From a virus (taxonomy: Duplodnaviria > Caudoviricetes): a stretch of DNA of 30,943 nt. Of this stretch, positions 1-7,937 are shown one piece after another (positions within the stretch are counted from its first letter, which is position 1; each line of letters begins with the position of its first letter). The notes beneath the pieces are model-generated. The model was not told the origin of the DNA. It did not search any database and saw nothing but the letters and a program-made list of their open reading frames with translations. Both the position numbers and the translations under genes were made by a program. Location: positions 1-30,943 of the IMG/VR virus record IMGVR_UViG_3300042108_000011; one strand, given 5' to 3'.

Positions 1-390
1 CAACCTTCAGACCAATTTTCAACCCAAGTGGAATACGTACCCGCCTTGTGTATATTGATCCCAAACATACCCGTGTCCGTTTTGATTTCGTCAAACTTTA
101 GGTCTCGGTTAGCATCGCGCCACACCGTAACGTTCCCTAATCTTTGGCATAATGCGTCGTACTTTCCTCGGTGCTTGTCAATAGCCCACACCCCGCGATA
201 TTGACCCGCTACTAACCGCGCAACTCCTTTTGGGTTTCCGAATTTTTCAACACCTTTTTTTCCCGGATCGGTCGTCGCGTTCCAGCAAAAAAATTGCCAC
301 GTTCCGTTTGCATCTTTGAACGAAATTGTAATATGGTCGTCAAAGATATTTGTCACCTTGTCGGCAATGCTGGGTGAATTGTTTCGAACG
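1..390. repeat. Terminal direct repeat, left copy (imperfect match to 30554-30943)
   Basis: Manual alignment shows 390 bp colinear with no indels. Identical at 1-44, 76-146 and 238-390; 27 substitutions fall in 45-75 and 147-237. Confidence 0.97.
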
Positions 391-488
391 CCAACAATAT
401 TCACGTCGTAACCTTTATTCGAATGGTCTTCGAACCATTTAAAACCCTTTTCTTTGACCGCCTTTTCGATTTGTTCCCTTGTATACAT
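1..488 (-). CDS. Putative endolysin with L,D-transpeptidase (YkuD-like) catalytic motif, 5' part. Joined to 30448-30553 it gives 197 aa.
   Basis: ATG at 488 (MYTREQIEKAVKEKGFKWF...NIVGVRN...TTDPG...GQY...FGINIHKAGTYSTWVENWSEG); 488+106=594 nt in frame across the junction. H-x12-S-E-G-C motif; lies between holin and spanin candidates. Confidence 0.75.
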   Translation of the reverse strand, partial: MYTREQIEKAVKEKGFKWFEDHSNKGYDVNIVGVRNNSPSIADKVTNIFDDHITISFKDANGTWQFFCWNATTDPGKKGVEKFGNPKGVARLVAGQYRGVWAIDKHRGKYDALCQRLGNVTVWRDANRDLKFDEIKTDTGMFGINIHKAGTYSTWVENWSEG

Positions 489-491
489 AAT

Positions 492-920
492 TTAGTTTTT
501 AAACTCGTCCCATTCTTGTTTTTTCGCCGTCAAAAATTCTTTAAATGACTTCAAAACATCTTTTCCCGTGACCTCAAAATAACTTTCGTTAATTGATTTG
601 ATTTCGATGAATGCACAAAAAAACGTAAATGCTTTCGTCAATACCAATTCAACCGATACAAATAAACCAATTAAATCGGAAATGACATATTTTTCAAGGA
701 AATACACAACAACAATCCCGCCAGCGTAAAGCAATGATTTTGAAATTGTCCTTGCAAGTCCACGGGAACGAATCGATTTCCAACCTTTCAATTTTACGCT
801 TCGCCAAACACCGAAACACAAGTCAATCCAAATGAACGCTATTGCAATTAAAACCATAGGTTTGACCGGTGCTAAAATCGAAAGTAAAGAAAGCGCAAAA
901 ATTGAAATTTTAGTTTTCAT
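492..920 (-). CDS. Phage holin family protein
   Basis: 142 aa with about three hydrophobic segments, D-x3-G and IEIKSINE motifs and a charged C-terminus; directly upstream of the endolysin. Confidence 0.8.
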   Translation of the reverse strand: MKTKISIFALSLLSILAPVKPMVLIAIAFIWIDLCFGVWRSVKLKGWKSIRSRGLARTISKSLLYAGGIVVVYFLEKYVISDLIGLFVSVELVLTKAFTFFCAFIEIKSINESYFEVTGKDVLKSFKEFLTAKKQEWDEFKN

Positions 921-1095
921 CCTTGTGTTGATTGACGTACAATTCGTAAATAATTTGGTAATTGTTGTAAAAAAATAAAGTCCATCCGACCATTTGCAAA
1001 TAAAAAACGCCTTGAAACCATAAGGTGAACGCCAAAATATACGAGCAAATGAAATACATTAACGCCGTGCCTCTTATATGTTGGTCGCTAATCAT
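910..1095 (-). CDS. Small membrane protein (61 aa), possible lysis accessory
   Basis: ATG at 1095 overlaps the upstream TAG (ATGATTAG). Two hydrophobic stretches; the stop overlaps the holin start region. Confidence 0.65.
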   Translation of the reverse strand: MISDQHIRGTALMYFICSYILAFTLWFQGVFYLQMVGWTLFFYNNYQIIYELYVNQHKDEN

Positions 1096-1552
1096 TTCCG
1101 AAATCGTAATTATCCATAGGAATTTTGCACCAATCCTCCGAATCATAAACATTCATCGCAATGGTCATTGTCCAACCCGCCGTGACGTCTTGTGAACGGT
1201 TGATAAATGGTTGTGTTCCGATTGTTCCGGTCACGTCGAGGAAATCCTCAAAACGCCATTGTTTCAAAATGACGTGAATGTCCTTGCAAATGGACAAACA
1301 ATCGGAATGTATTTCGTTAATTTGACGGTATTCTTGTATATTATATTTATCCGCGATTGAAATAACGGCGTTAACTTGAACGCCGAAATCGGAAATCGAA
1401 CCCGGTTGCAAGGTGACAACCATTAACGGGTAATCGACGGCGTCCCGTGAAACGGCGTCCAAATAATCCCCTTGGAAAAAATCATTTATTTGTCGATGTT
1501 CGCTCGCGATTATTTCGAATTCGCGCATCAATTGGTTTAACGTCTTTTCCAT
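1088..1552 (-). CDS. Putative tail terminator / tail completion protein
   Basis: 154 aa, acidic, YPLMVV and PF...AGW motifs; follows the head-tail adaptor. Function inferred from size and context. Confidence 0.55.
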   Translation of the reverse strand: MEKTLNQLMREFEIIASEHRQINDFFQGDYLDAVSRDAVDYPLMVVTLQPGSISDFGVQVNAVISIADKYNIQEYRQINEIHSDCLSICKDIHVILKQWRFEDFLDVTGTIGTQPFINRSQDVTAGWTMTIAMNVYDSEDWCKIPMDNYDFGND

Positions 1553-1613
1553 TTTTCAAATATTTGTTCAATTTTTCAATATCCTTTTTTCCGGGAACAA
1601 ACCGTTTGTTCAT
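1482..1613 (-). CDS. Small basic hypothetical protein (43 aa, MNKRFVPGKKDIEKLNKYLK...)
   Basis: ATGA start/stop coupling at 1610-1613 fills the gap to the next gene, but it overlaps 1088-1552 by 71 nt. Confidence 0.4.
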   Translation of the reverse strand: MNKRFVPGKKDIEKLNKYLKNGKDVKPIDARIRNNRERTSTNK

Positions 1614-2128
1614 ATAATCCAGTTTAAGGGTGAATAACCCGTTTGGTCCTTTGTGACCTTTTCGTGACACATCGACGGCGATCCGCAACAATCAATGTAT
1701 TCGGGGTAATTGTCGCCGTTGTCGTCCATTAAAAAACCAATTAATCGTTCTTTGTAAAATTGCGCGTCCTTTAACAATTGGTCGCGGAAAACATAAGTAT
1801 TTTGTCGGTCGTTTGCTTGAATATTTTCGTCCGAAACACGACCGACCGATTTGTTTGTCAATTTTTCATTCAATAATAAACAACAACGGTAGTCAACGTA
1901 TGCGACCAAACAAGGAACAACGTAATCGTTCATTAATGTTAAATAATTCGGTGTCCATGAATTCGTTTGAACGCGTTGCAATAACGCCTTGTAAAGGGGT
2001 GTCCCCAACGCTGGTTGAACGTTGATGTCTTGACTTCGACGAATCGCGACGGCAAGAATTTTTGTATCAGTATTTTGATGAATCAACCCTAATTTCTTTA
2101 GGTTTTCAACGGATAAAAGATAGTTCAT
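1610..2128 (-). CDS. Putative head-tail adaptor
   Basis: 172 aa helical protein (SQDINVQPALGTPLY...YVVPCLV...YPEY) immediately after the portal. Confidence 0.6.
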   Translation of the reverse strand: MNYLLSVENLKKLGLIHQNTDTKILAVAIRRSQDINVQPALGTPLYKALLQRVQTNSWTPNYLTLMNDYVVPCLVAYVDYRCCLLLNEKLTNKSVGRVSDENIQANDRQNTYVFRDQLLKDAQFYKERLIGFLMDDNGDNYPEYIDCCGSPSMCHEKVTKDQTGYSPLNWII

Positions 2129-2135
2129 GTTTTAA

Positions 2136-4097
2136 TTATTGTGCAATTACTAATTGTTGAACCCATTCGTGACGGCAAAACGGCGTTGTTGCTTTCGTTT
2201 TTGGATTCGTATACCATCCCCCACGGTAACGCCAAACGTCACGGTCAACCCTTGCGGAAATGTTGTCAATGTCTTGACGCGAATAACTTCGATTCAATTC
2301 GATTAATTTAACACAAAACGCCCTTGATTGCGTCTTGACTGGGGGAACGTCGGGACGTGTTTGATATGTATACCTTACCTCAAACCTCGAAATCGGAATA
2401 TCAAGGTTTTCAATGACCGATTTTCCCAGCGTATTGACTTCGCCTCCCTTCGAAATCAATTCAAGTTCACGAATCAATTGAATTCGTTTCGCGATTTCTT
2501 CAACCGACGTCTTCAACGCCTTCGCGATTGCGTCGCTTGATTCCCCGTCCGACAAAAGTTTCAAAACGTCTTTATCGCCTCCGGTTAACTTGGCGGAAAT
2601 TTCGCCAACTTTATCAAACAATTGTTGACTTCGTGCGAAAACGTCCGCGCTGGGGGTGTCCCATTCAATCGGTTCGGAATGCAATACAATGTAATTGTCA
2701 TTCGATTCGCCGAATTCCGCGAAAACTTTTATTTCATCGTCCCCGAATTCGTGTCGGTCGCATGATTGAACAATCGGTGTTTGTTGAACCGCTGGCATTC
2801 CAACGATACGACGCGCGGTTGTTTCGCTTATGGTCGGGAATGATGCGACCAATATGTTCAACGCGCTTTCGGGGGTCAATATACCTTCTTTGATTTTCGC
2901 AACAACATCAATCAACGATGCAATTTGCGCCCCATTCAAGGCGGATTTTGCCACGTCAAGCGTTTCCGTTGCTGGTTGCCCCTCAACGGTTTGAACCGGT
3001 TCATCTTTTGGCAACGGTTGGACGTCTTTTAATTTTACCTTGCCCGAATATCCGCTTAACTCAAGCATAAAATTAAGCAACCATTCAATTCGCTTTTGTT
3101 TCGTTTCAACGTAGGTTGCTTTGAAAATATTAAATAAATCGTCGGATTCAGCGGAATTGAATGACCCCTCCATTCGGACCCCAAACAATTGCGGGGATGT
3201 AATCGCGTGCGCGACAAGAATGTTTTGTTGCACGCTTTTTTCGGTTGCCAAATATCTTTGGTCAAGGTTGTTCCCGTTCAACGATAAAATTGTCGGCGCT
3301 TCATCTTTGCCGTTGCTAAAAGTTAAAATGATTTCGCCAGCGTCCTCAACCGATTGCGACCGTCCTTTGACATCCGCTTTGATTCGGTTCAATTCCTCCG
3401 TTGTTTCGGGGTATCCGCTTGGAAAATTTATTAAACTTCCCGACTTGAACCCGTTCTGCAATTCATACATATGGAATTTCGAAATATCAACATCCGTTTG
3501 AATTGCCGTAATTCCGCCATAATAGGACGGCTTTGGGTATACGCCTAATTCCTTACGACCCTTCAAATGTGGTTCTTTGTAATAAAGAATAAATGAACCC
3601 GTTCGATTGTCTTTGTCGAACGCTGGTAAAATTCTTAAATTAGTTTTTTCCGGGGATTGATTCAAAGCGGTCCAATCGTCGGAAATATAGTACGTTCGTT
3701 CATCCTCTGACGCGCGAATCATGTCAATCGGAACGTGTTCCCACATTACAACCTTTGTTTGTTCTTTGTTCCACGTTCCCTTGACCGCGAACCCTCCGAA
3801 CAATTCGCCATCGAACGCAAGCCGTTCGGCAATTTCGTTCATGTCAAAATCCGACCATTTGTTGTCGATGAATGGTTGAACCATTCCGGTCACGATTTGA
3901 ACACCCCCGCCAGCAATGTAATGCGTTTTATTTTTAATTATTCCTTGATGGTAAGCCGACCCATTGTAAAGGTCCGCCAAAAAAAACGGGTAATCATTCT
4001 TTTTTCCCCATTTCACGAACCCCAAAGAACGGTCCTTTTCCTCGTCGGGTTTTTGAAAATCTTTTCGAAATGAAATCGACGTAAGTTTATTATTCAT
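2136..4097 (-). CDS. Portal protein with C-terminal HTH and Cys/His (MuF-like) extensions, 653 aa
   Basis: Start refined to ATG 4097, overlapping the upstream stop. WGKKNDYP, SAYHQGII, GFKSGSLINF, ILVAHAITSPQLFG portal-type blocks; C-terminal SRAFC...CRHEW. Confidence 0.8.
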   Translation of the reverse strand: MNNKLTSISFRKDFQKPDEEKDRSLGFVKWGKKNDYPFFLADLYNGSAYHQGIIKNKTHYIAGGGVQIVTGMVQPFIDNKWSDFDMNEIAERLAFDGELFGGFAVKGTWNKEQTKVVMWEHVPIDMIRASEDERTYYISDDWTALNQSPEKTNLRILPAFDKDNRTGSFILYYKEPHLKGRKELGVYPKPSYYGGITAIQTDVDISKFHMYELQNGFKSGSLINFPSGYPETTEELNRIKADVKGRSQSVEDAGEIILTFSNGKDEAPTILSLNGNNLDQRYLATEKSVQQNILVAHAITSPQLFGVRMEGSFNSAESDDLFNIFKATYVETKQKRIEWLLNFMLELSGYSGKVKLKDVQPLPKDEPVQTVEGQPATETLDVAKSALNGAQIASLIDVVAKIKEGILTPESALNILVASFPTISETTARRIVGMPAVQQTPIVQSCDRHEFGDDEIKVFAEFGESNDNYIVLHSEPIEWDTPSADVFARSQQLFDKVGEISAKLTGGDKDVLKLLSDGESSDAIAKALKTSVEEIAKRIQLIRELELISKGGEVNTLGKSVIENLDIPISRFEVRYTYQTRPDVPPVKTQSRAFCVKLIELNRSYSRQDIDNISARVDRDVWRYRGGWYTNPKTKATTPFCRHEWVQQLVIAQ

Positions 4098-4458
4098 ATA
4101 TATTGAAATAAATCGGTGAATCGTATTCGTAACTCGGTGAATCCGCTTCGATGACGTGCGCGCGTCCCGTTTCAACCAAACCTTGAGAATTTACGGGGTC
4201 AAGGTTGCCCGGTGACGATTGTTGATAAATATTATATATATAATATCCATCATAAATGAAATTCACGTCAACGCCATCAATCAAAACGAATTCGTCGAAC
4301 CTTGGAATCCCTTGTGAAATGTTTGTCAAAACACAAGTTTGGTTGTCAAACGATTGTTCGTGAATGAACTCAAATAGATAGTTCGGATTCGGGATTGTTG
4401 TCAATTCCGTCACCGTCACGATCAACGACGTCGTTCCGTTTTTTTGTATTTTTTGCAT
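4090..4458 (-). CDS. Putative virion structural protein (122 aa)
   Basis: Start refined to ATG 4458 after an A-rich leader; beta-rich (YLFEF, GYYIYNIYQQ, VETGRA); in the structural operon. Confidence 0.65.
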   Translation of the reverse strand: MQKIQKNGTTSLIVTVTELTTIPNPNYLFEFIHEQSFDNQTCVLTNISQGIPRFDEFVLIDGVDVNFIYDGYYIYNIYQQSSPGNLDPVNSQGLVETGRAHVIEADSPSYEYDSPIYFNIYE

Positions 4459-4612
4459 TTTCTTTTTTAACAAGGTTTGGTTTTTCGAATTCGAAAATGT
4501 CAATGATTCCCATGGACAAGTAATCGTCGCCTTTTCCCGCTTCGATTTTGACGTACCTTTGTAGATTTGGCGACCAAACACGGCAACCAATCATTTCGCT
4601 TTTTATTTTCAT
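4370..4612 (-). CDS. Hypothetical protein (80 aa)
   Basis: ATG just after the terminator; its 3' part overlaps the next gene by 89 nt. Confidence 0.55.
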   Translation of the reverse strand: MKIKSEMIGCRVWSPNLQRYVKIEAGKGDDYLSMGIIDIFEFEKPNLVKKENAKNTKKRNDVVDRDGDGIDNNPESELSI

Positions 4613-4625
4613 GTCCTAAATTTAT

Positions 4626-4657
4626 AAAAAAAAAGGGACGGGACAACGCCCATCCCT
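4626..4657 (-). terminator. Intrinsic terminator after the tail tube gene
   Basis: Minus strand AGGGATGGG-CGTTGT-CCCGTCCCT followed by a T run. Confidence 0.8.
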
Positions 4658-4678
4658 CAAATTTAGTTAGTTCAACGA

Positions 4679-5212
4679 TTAAATTGACGGTGATTGTTGA
4701 GCTAACAAGTTGTTGTAAAGTGTTGCGTTCACGTCGGGAACTTCGTCGTTTTCCATTCCTCGTAAAACAATAACGTGTCCTTTTCGGTCGCTTTTCAAAA
4801 CCCCGGACGTGTATTCGTTCGCATCCGCAACTTGCAATCCTTCGCCTAATCCAAGCGCTACGATTGTTCCGTCGGCATTCTCAACCAAACAAACGCATTC
4901 ATTTTGCGCAAGCAAATGGATTTCGCTTCGCAATTCTTTTGAATCCGACGCAAGAATCATTGACAATTCGTGTTCGTACCAAAGTGTTCCGTTGTTTTTA
5001 TCAACTCGAACTGGCGCGGTGTAGCTTGATAAGTTTGACTTTAACTTGTAAAGGAATGTTTCGCCCGTTACCGTCAAAGATGTTAGTTCATTTGTAGGAG
5101 AAACAACCGCGCCCGATGTTGCACCCAAAGGAAACAACAAAACGCTTTTGATTCCGCCTTTTCCGTTGGTACACGTTCTATCGTTGTACCCCGTGGTCAT
5201 GTTACAAGACAT
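4679..5212 (-). CDS. Putative major tail (tube) protein
   Basis: 177 aa beta-rich (C...GGIKSV, NGTLWYEHEL, ALGLGEG, G...SD..G); follows the capsid gene and is flanked by terminators. Confidence 0.6.
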   Translation of the reverse strand: MSCNMTTGYNDRTCTNGKGGIKSVLLFPLGATSGAVVSPTNELTSLTVTGETFLYKLKSNLSSYTAPVRVDKNNGTLWYEHELSMILASDSKELRSEIHLLAQNECVCLVENADGTIVALGLGEGLQVADANEYTSGVLKSDRKGHVIVLRGMENDEVPDVNATLYNNLLAQQSPSI

Positions 5213-5234
5213 TGATTTTTATTTTTTAATGTTT

Positions 5235-5258
5235 AAAATAGGGGCGCCGAAACGCCCC
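5235..5258 (-). terminator. Intrinsic terminator or attenuator after the major capsid gene
   Basis: Minus strand GGGGCG-TTTCGG-CGCCCC-TATTTT. Confidence 0.7.
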
Positions 5259-5265
5259 GTGTTAA

Positions 5266-6231
5266 TTACGATATTTGTTCGAAAGTTCCAACTTGGTCAA
5301 GGAATGGTACTTGAACACCAGCGCGGAATTTAGAGCGCAAATAAATTACATCGTCGTCGAATGAATACCACAAATCGTAAGATTCGAAATCGCTTGACAA
5401 GTCAGTTCCGAAATAGAAATGTGACGCGCGACCGGTGTAAATTTTGGTCGTTCCGTTCAATCCGTTCAATTTAACAACTCGCATATTTGTACCCGGTAAC
5501 ATGATTTCGTTCATTGTTCCGATTTGTGCGGGATTGTAATGGAACATATTCAAGTCAACCAAGTTTTTCAATAGGTAGTTGAAATTACTTCGTGATGTAA
5601 AGCAAATGAAATCTTGACCCTCGGCGATGTTTGACGGCGTGTTTGTAAACGCTTCGTAAAATATATCAAAAGCGTTCGTTGCGTCAATTGTAACGGCTCC
5701 AAATGTAGTGTTCAAGTCAACACAACCATTCGCAACGGTTAAAAATTGGTTGAATCCGTTCATGAACGCAAGGTTGCCCGAACCGGAAACTTTGTTCCCT
5801 TGCCAAATTAATTTTTCAAGTTCGAACGCGTGTAACTCTAATAAGTAGTTAATTAATACTTGTTCGAATGGCAACGTTTTGTCTTCAGCCATTGCACCCG
5901 GACGCAATGCTAATTGTGTCCAAAATCCAGCCAAATCTTTTTGGCAAAATTTCTTTAAATATCCGATTGTTTCAACGGAAATTTGACGATCGGTAAAGAT
6001 AGTGTCACCACTTGGCGACATGGAACAGTCCCCATTTTGGTAAACGATTGAATCGTTTAACAATTTAAGGTCTTCAGTTCCTTTGATTCCTTGCTGAATT
6101 GCAATATAACTTAACGTTTGCGCTTCAGTTACTGAACGGTGAATAAGGTCTTCTCGTTGGTCGTCAACGTAAGGCGCCAATCCAGATACATCGTAGTCAA
6201 AATTTGACTTTACATACTTTTTAATAGACAT
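5266..6231 (-). CDS. Major capsid protein
   Basis: 321 aa after protease and scaffold; EKLIWQGN, YFGTDL, FRAGVQV blocks consistent with an HK97-fold capsid. Confidence 0.8.
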   Translation of the reverse strand: MSIKKYVKSNFDYDVSGLAPYVDDQREDLIHRSVTEAQTLSYIAIQQGIKGTEDLKLLNDSIVYQNGDCSMSPSGDTIFTDRQISVETIGYLKKFCQKDLAGFWTQLALRPGAMAEDKTLPFEQVLINYLLELHAFELEKLIWQGNKVSGSGNLAFMNGFNQFLTVANGCVDLNTTFGAVTIDATNAFDIFYEAFTNTPSNIAEGQDFICFTSRSNFNYLLKNLVDLNMFHYNPAQIGTMNEIMLPGTNMRVVKLNGLNGTTKIYTGRASHFYFGTDLSSDFESYDLWYSFDDDVIYLRSKFRAGVQVPFLDQVGTFEQIS

Positions 6232-6233
6232 TT

Positions 6234-6968
6234 TTATAGGTTTTTATAAGTTTTCAAAAATTGTTGTTTAGCAGTAAGGTTGCCAGTCCTTGCGAATTTT
6301 TCGCTTTCTTTTGTTTCATTTGACGGCATCGCCTTGAACGATTCGAAATCGTTTCGCATTGTAGCGATTTCATTTTTCAATTGTGCGTTTTCGTCGGAAA
6401 TACCTTTCATCATTTCCGCAACGGCTTCGATTGACCGCGCGAATGATTCAAGTTTTCCGTTGACGATTGCTTCAACATCAATTGCCGACATTGATTCGTC
6501 AACCGTTTCGGTTGTCATTTCATTTATCTTGGTAATTACGGCGCTTGCTACGTCGTATGCTTTATCCATTTCCAAACCAAGTTCGGACGCGATTATTTCG
6601 GTAACGCCCTCCAAAACTTCGGGTAAAATTTCACCTGGGACGGCTTCGAATTCTGCGGATGTTTCTTCGGTTGTTGTTTCACTTGAACCCCTTTCGTCTA
6701 CAACTTCGGAAATAAATCCATCGGCGTCAACGGTAATTGTTACGCCCATGTAATCGCCTCCAAGCGCGTGCGTTCCTTCGGGTGCTGGAATTCGACCTTC
6801 ATCTGTTACGATGAAAACTTGTTGACCAACTTCCAAAGATTCGAATTCAATGGTTGTTTCGCCATCTAATAAGGTAGCCGTTTCAAAGTTCGCTTGAACT
6901 TTTTCGGCATTTTCAAACATGGTCTTGATTCGACCAAGTTCGTTCATTACTTTTTCAAATGCGTTCAT
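6234..6968 (-). CDS. Putative capsid scaffolding protein
   Basis: Very acidic, APEGTHAL motif, C-terminal coiled coil; between protease and capsid. Confidence 0.7.
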   Translation of the reverse strand: MNAFEKVMNELGRIKTMFENAEKVQANFETATLLDGETTIEFESLEVGQQVFIVTDEGRIPAPEGTHALGGDYMGVTITVDADGFISEVVDERGSSETTTEETSAEFEAVPGEILPEVLEGVTEIIASELGLEMDKAYDVASAVITKINEMTTETVDESMSAIDVEAIVNGKLESFARSIEAVAEMMKGISDENAQLKNEIATMRNDFESFKAMPSNETKESEKFARTGNLTAKQQFLKTYKNL

Positions 6969-6985
6969 TTATAATTGTTTTTGTT

Positions 6986-7004
6986 TATTATGTAATCTTG
7001 TTCG
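6986..7004 (-). promoter_or_regulatory. Phage late-promoter-like motif, copy upstream of scaffold/capsid
   Basis: CGAACAA-GATT-ACATAATA, intergenic, 17 nt before the ATG at 6968. Confidence 0.7.
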
Positions 7005-7007
7005 AAA

Positions 7008-7913
7008 TTATAATTCGCCTAATTCCTTTAATTTAGATTCCGTCCATCGCAACCCAGCTTTTCCGCCCCACATTAAATAAGAAATTGTCCCACAAGCGGA
7101 CGTATCGGATTCGTTATAATAGGTTTCCGCGCGCGATAAATACGAATACATTCTTTTAATAATTTCGAGCGAAACGGTATCGCGGTTCGCTAACGTCGTC
7201 GCGCGTAATCGACCAACCCGTGTCGCGCATTTATTCCCGTTCTTTTCGTTTAATTCAAGTCCACGTTTTGCGTTGTTCGAAACCGCTTCCGGGTAATCGT
7301 TAAACATTCGAATTCGTTCAATGTTTCTTTTCCAAAGTTGAATTTCTTTTAAAATTGCTTCAAATTCCGATTCTTGTGTCTTGTCGGTTTCAATTAAATT
7401 GAAAACGCCCTCGATTGAAAACCCATTGAATTCGCCATTCTTTGCGCGCTCGAATAGTTCTTTGTCGGTCACCTTATAAGATACCAACCATGAACCGTCG
7501 TTCGCATCCTTAAAACGTTCGGGTGCTGTGAATCCCCTTGCGTTGTCGATTTGGTAACTCATAATCATGTAAACGCCGTCAACAACCTTGTGCGGATTGT
7601 GGTCAAGATTCACATTGTTAAAATTGTTTCGACGTGCGTAATCAAAAATAATATCGCGAATTGCTTGTTTCGTGAACACGACATAATATTCTTCTTTTGA
7701 TTTGTCGTCGTATCGATAAATTGGTGTGTCCGATGAAATCGCAATTCCGGTAATGACTTGTTGTTCATCATTGAATTCGTAGGCAATGCGCTTGTTGAAC
7801 ATTTCAAAGTTCTTTGCATGCGCTGGGAATTCAACCATTGCGTTGTACGAAACCGTTGTTTCGGGATCGTCAAGGTCAATCATGATTTCGTAAATTGGTA
7901 GTTCTTTTCTCAT
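7008..7913 (-). CDS. XkdF-like prohead serine protease with an extra C-terminal domain (301 aa)
   Basis: Start refined to ATG 7913. VEFPA, ITGIA...PIYR, NLDH, GSWLVSYKV, GEFNGFSIEG motifs. Confidence 0.8.
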   Translation of the reverse strand: MRKELPIYEIMIDLDDPETTVSYNAMVEFPAHAKNFEMFNKRIAYEFNDEQQVITGIAISSDTPIYRYDDKSKEEYYVVFTKQAIRDIIFDYARRNNFNNVNLDHNPHKVVDGVYMIMSYQIDNARGFTAPERFKDANDGSWLVSYKVTDKELFERAKNGEFNGFSIEGVFNLIETDKTQESEFEAILKEIQLWKRNIERIRMFNDYPEAVSNNAKRGLELNEKNGNKCATRVGRLRATTLANRDTVSLEIIKRMYSYLSRAETYYNESDTSACGTISYLMWGGKAGLRWTESKLKELGEL

Positions 7914-7918
7914 TTTTA

Positions 7919-7937
7919 TATTATGTATCTTTGTTCG
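7919..7937 (-). promoter_or_regulatory. Phage late-promoter-like motif, copy upstream of the prohead protease
   Basis: CGAACAA-AGAT-ACATAATA, 5 nt before the ATG at 7913. Confidence 0.7.
7926..7933 (+). promoter_or_regulatory. Bacteroidota -7 promoter element (TAnnTTTG) for the plus-strand gene
   Basis: Exact TATCTTTG ending 4 nt before ATG 7938; no good -33 TTTG at the canonical spacing. Confidence 0.5.

Noticed and set aside
1-390. Diversity-generating retroelement TR/VR pair
   Set aside because: Differences are synonymous and not adenine-specific, and no reverse transcriptase is encoded.
4098-4175. Upstream extensions in the ORF track (portal 4175, protease 7991, TerL 17388, glycosyltransferase 18521, nuclease 23168)
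   Set aside because: They overlap neighbouring genes; downstream ATGs with start/stop coupling or A-rich leaders fit better.
4370-4458. DRDGDG EF-hand-like motif and a possible frameshift fusion at AAAAAAG
   Set aside because: The motif lies in the overlap with the next gene and is probably a by-product of that frame; fusion would need a +1 shift and the downstream gene has its own ATG.
6280-6753. Long plus-strand ORFs (also 3121-3501, 10454-10816, 10844-11323, 18545-18949)
   Set aside because: Antisense shadows lying wholly within well-supported minus-strand genes, with no recognisable motifs.
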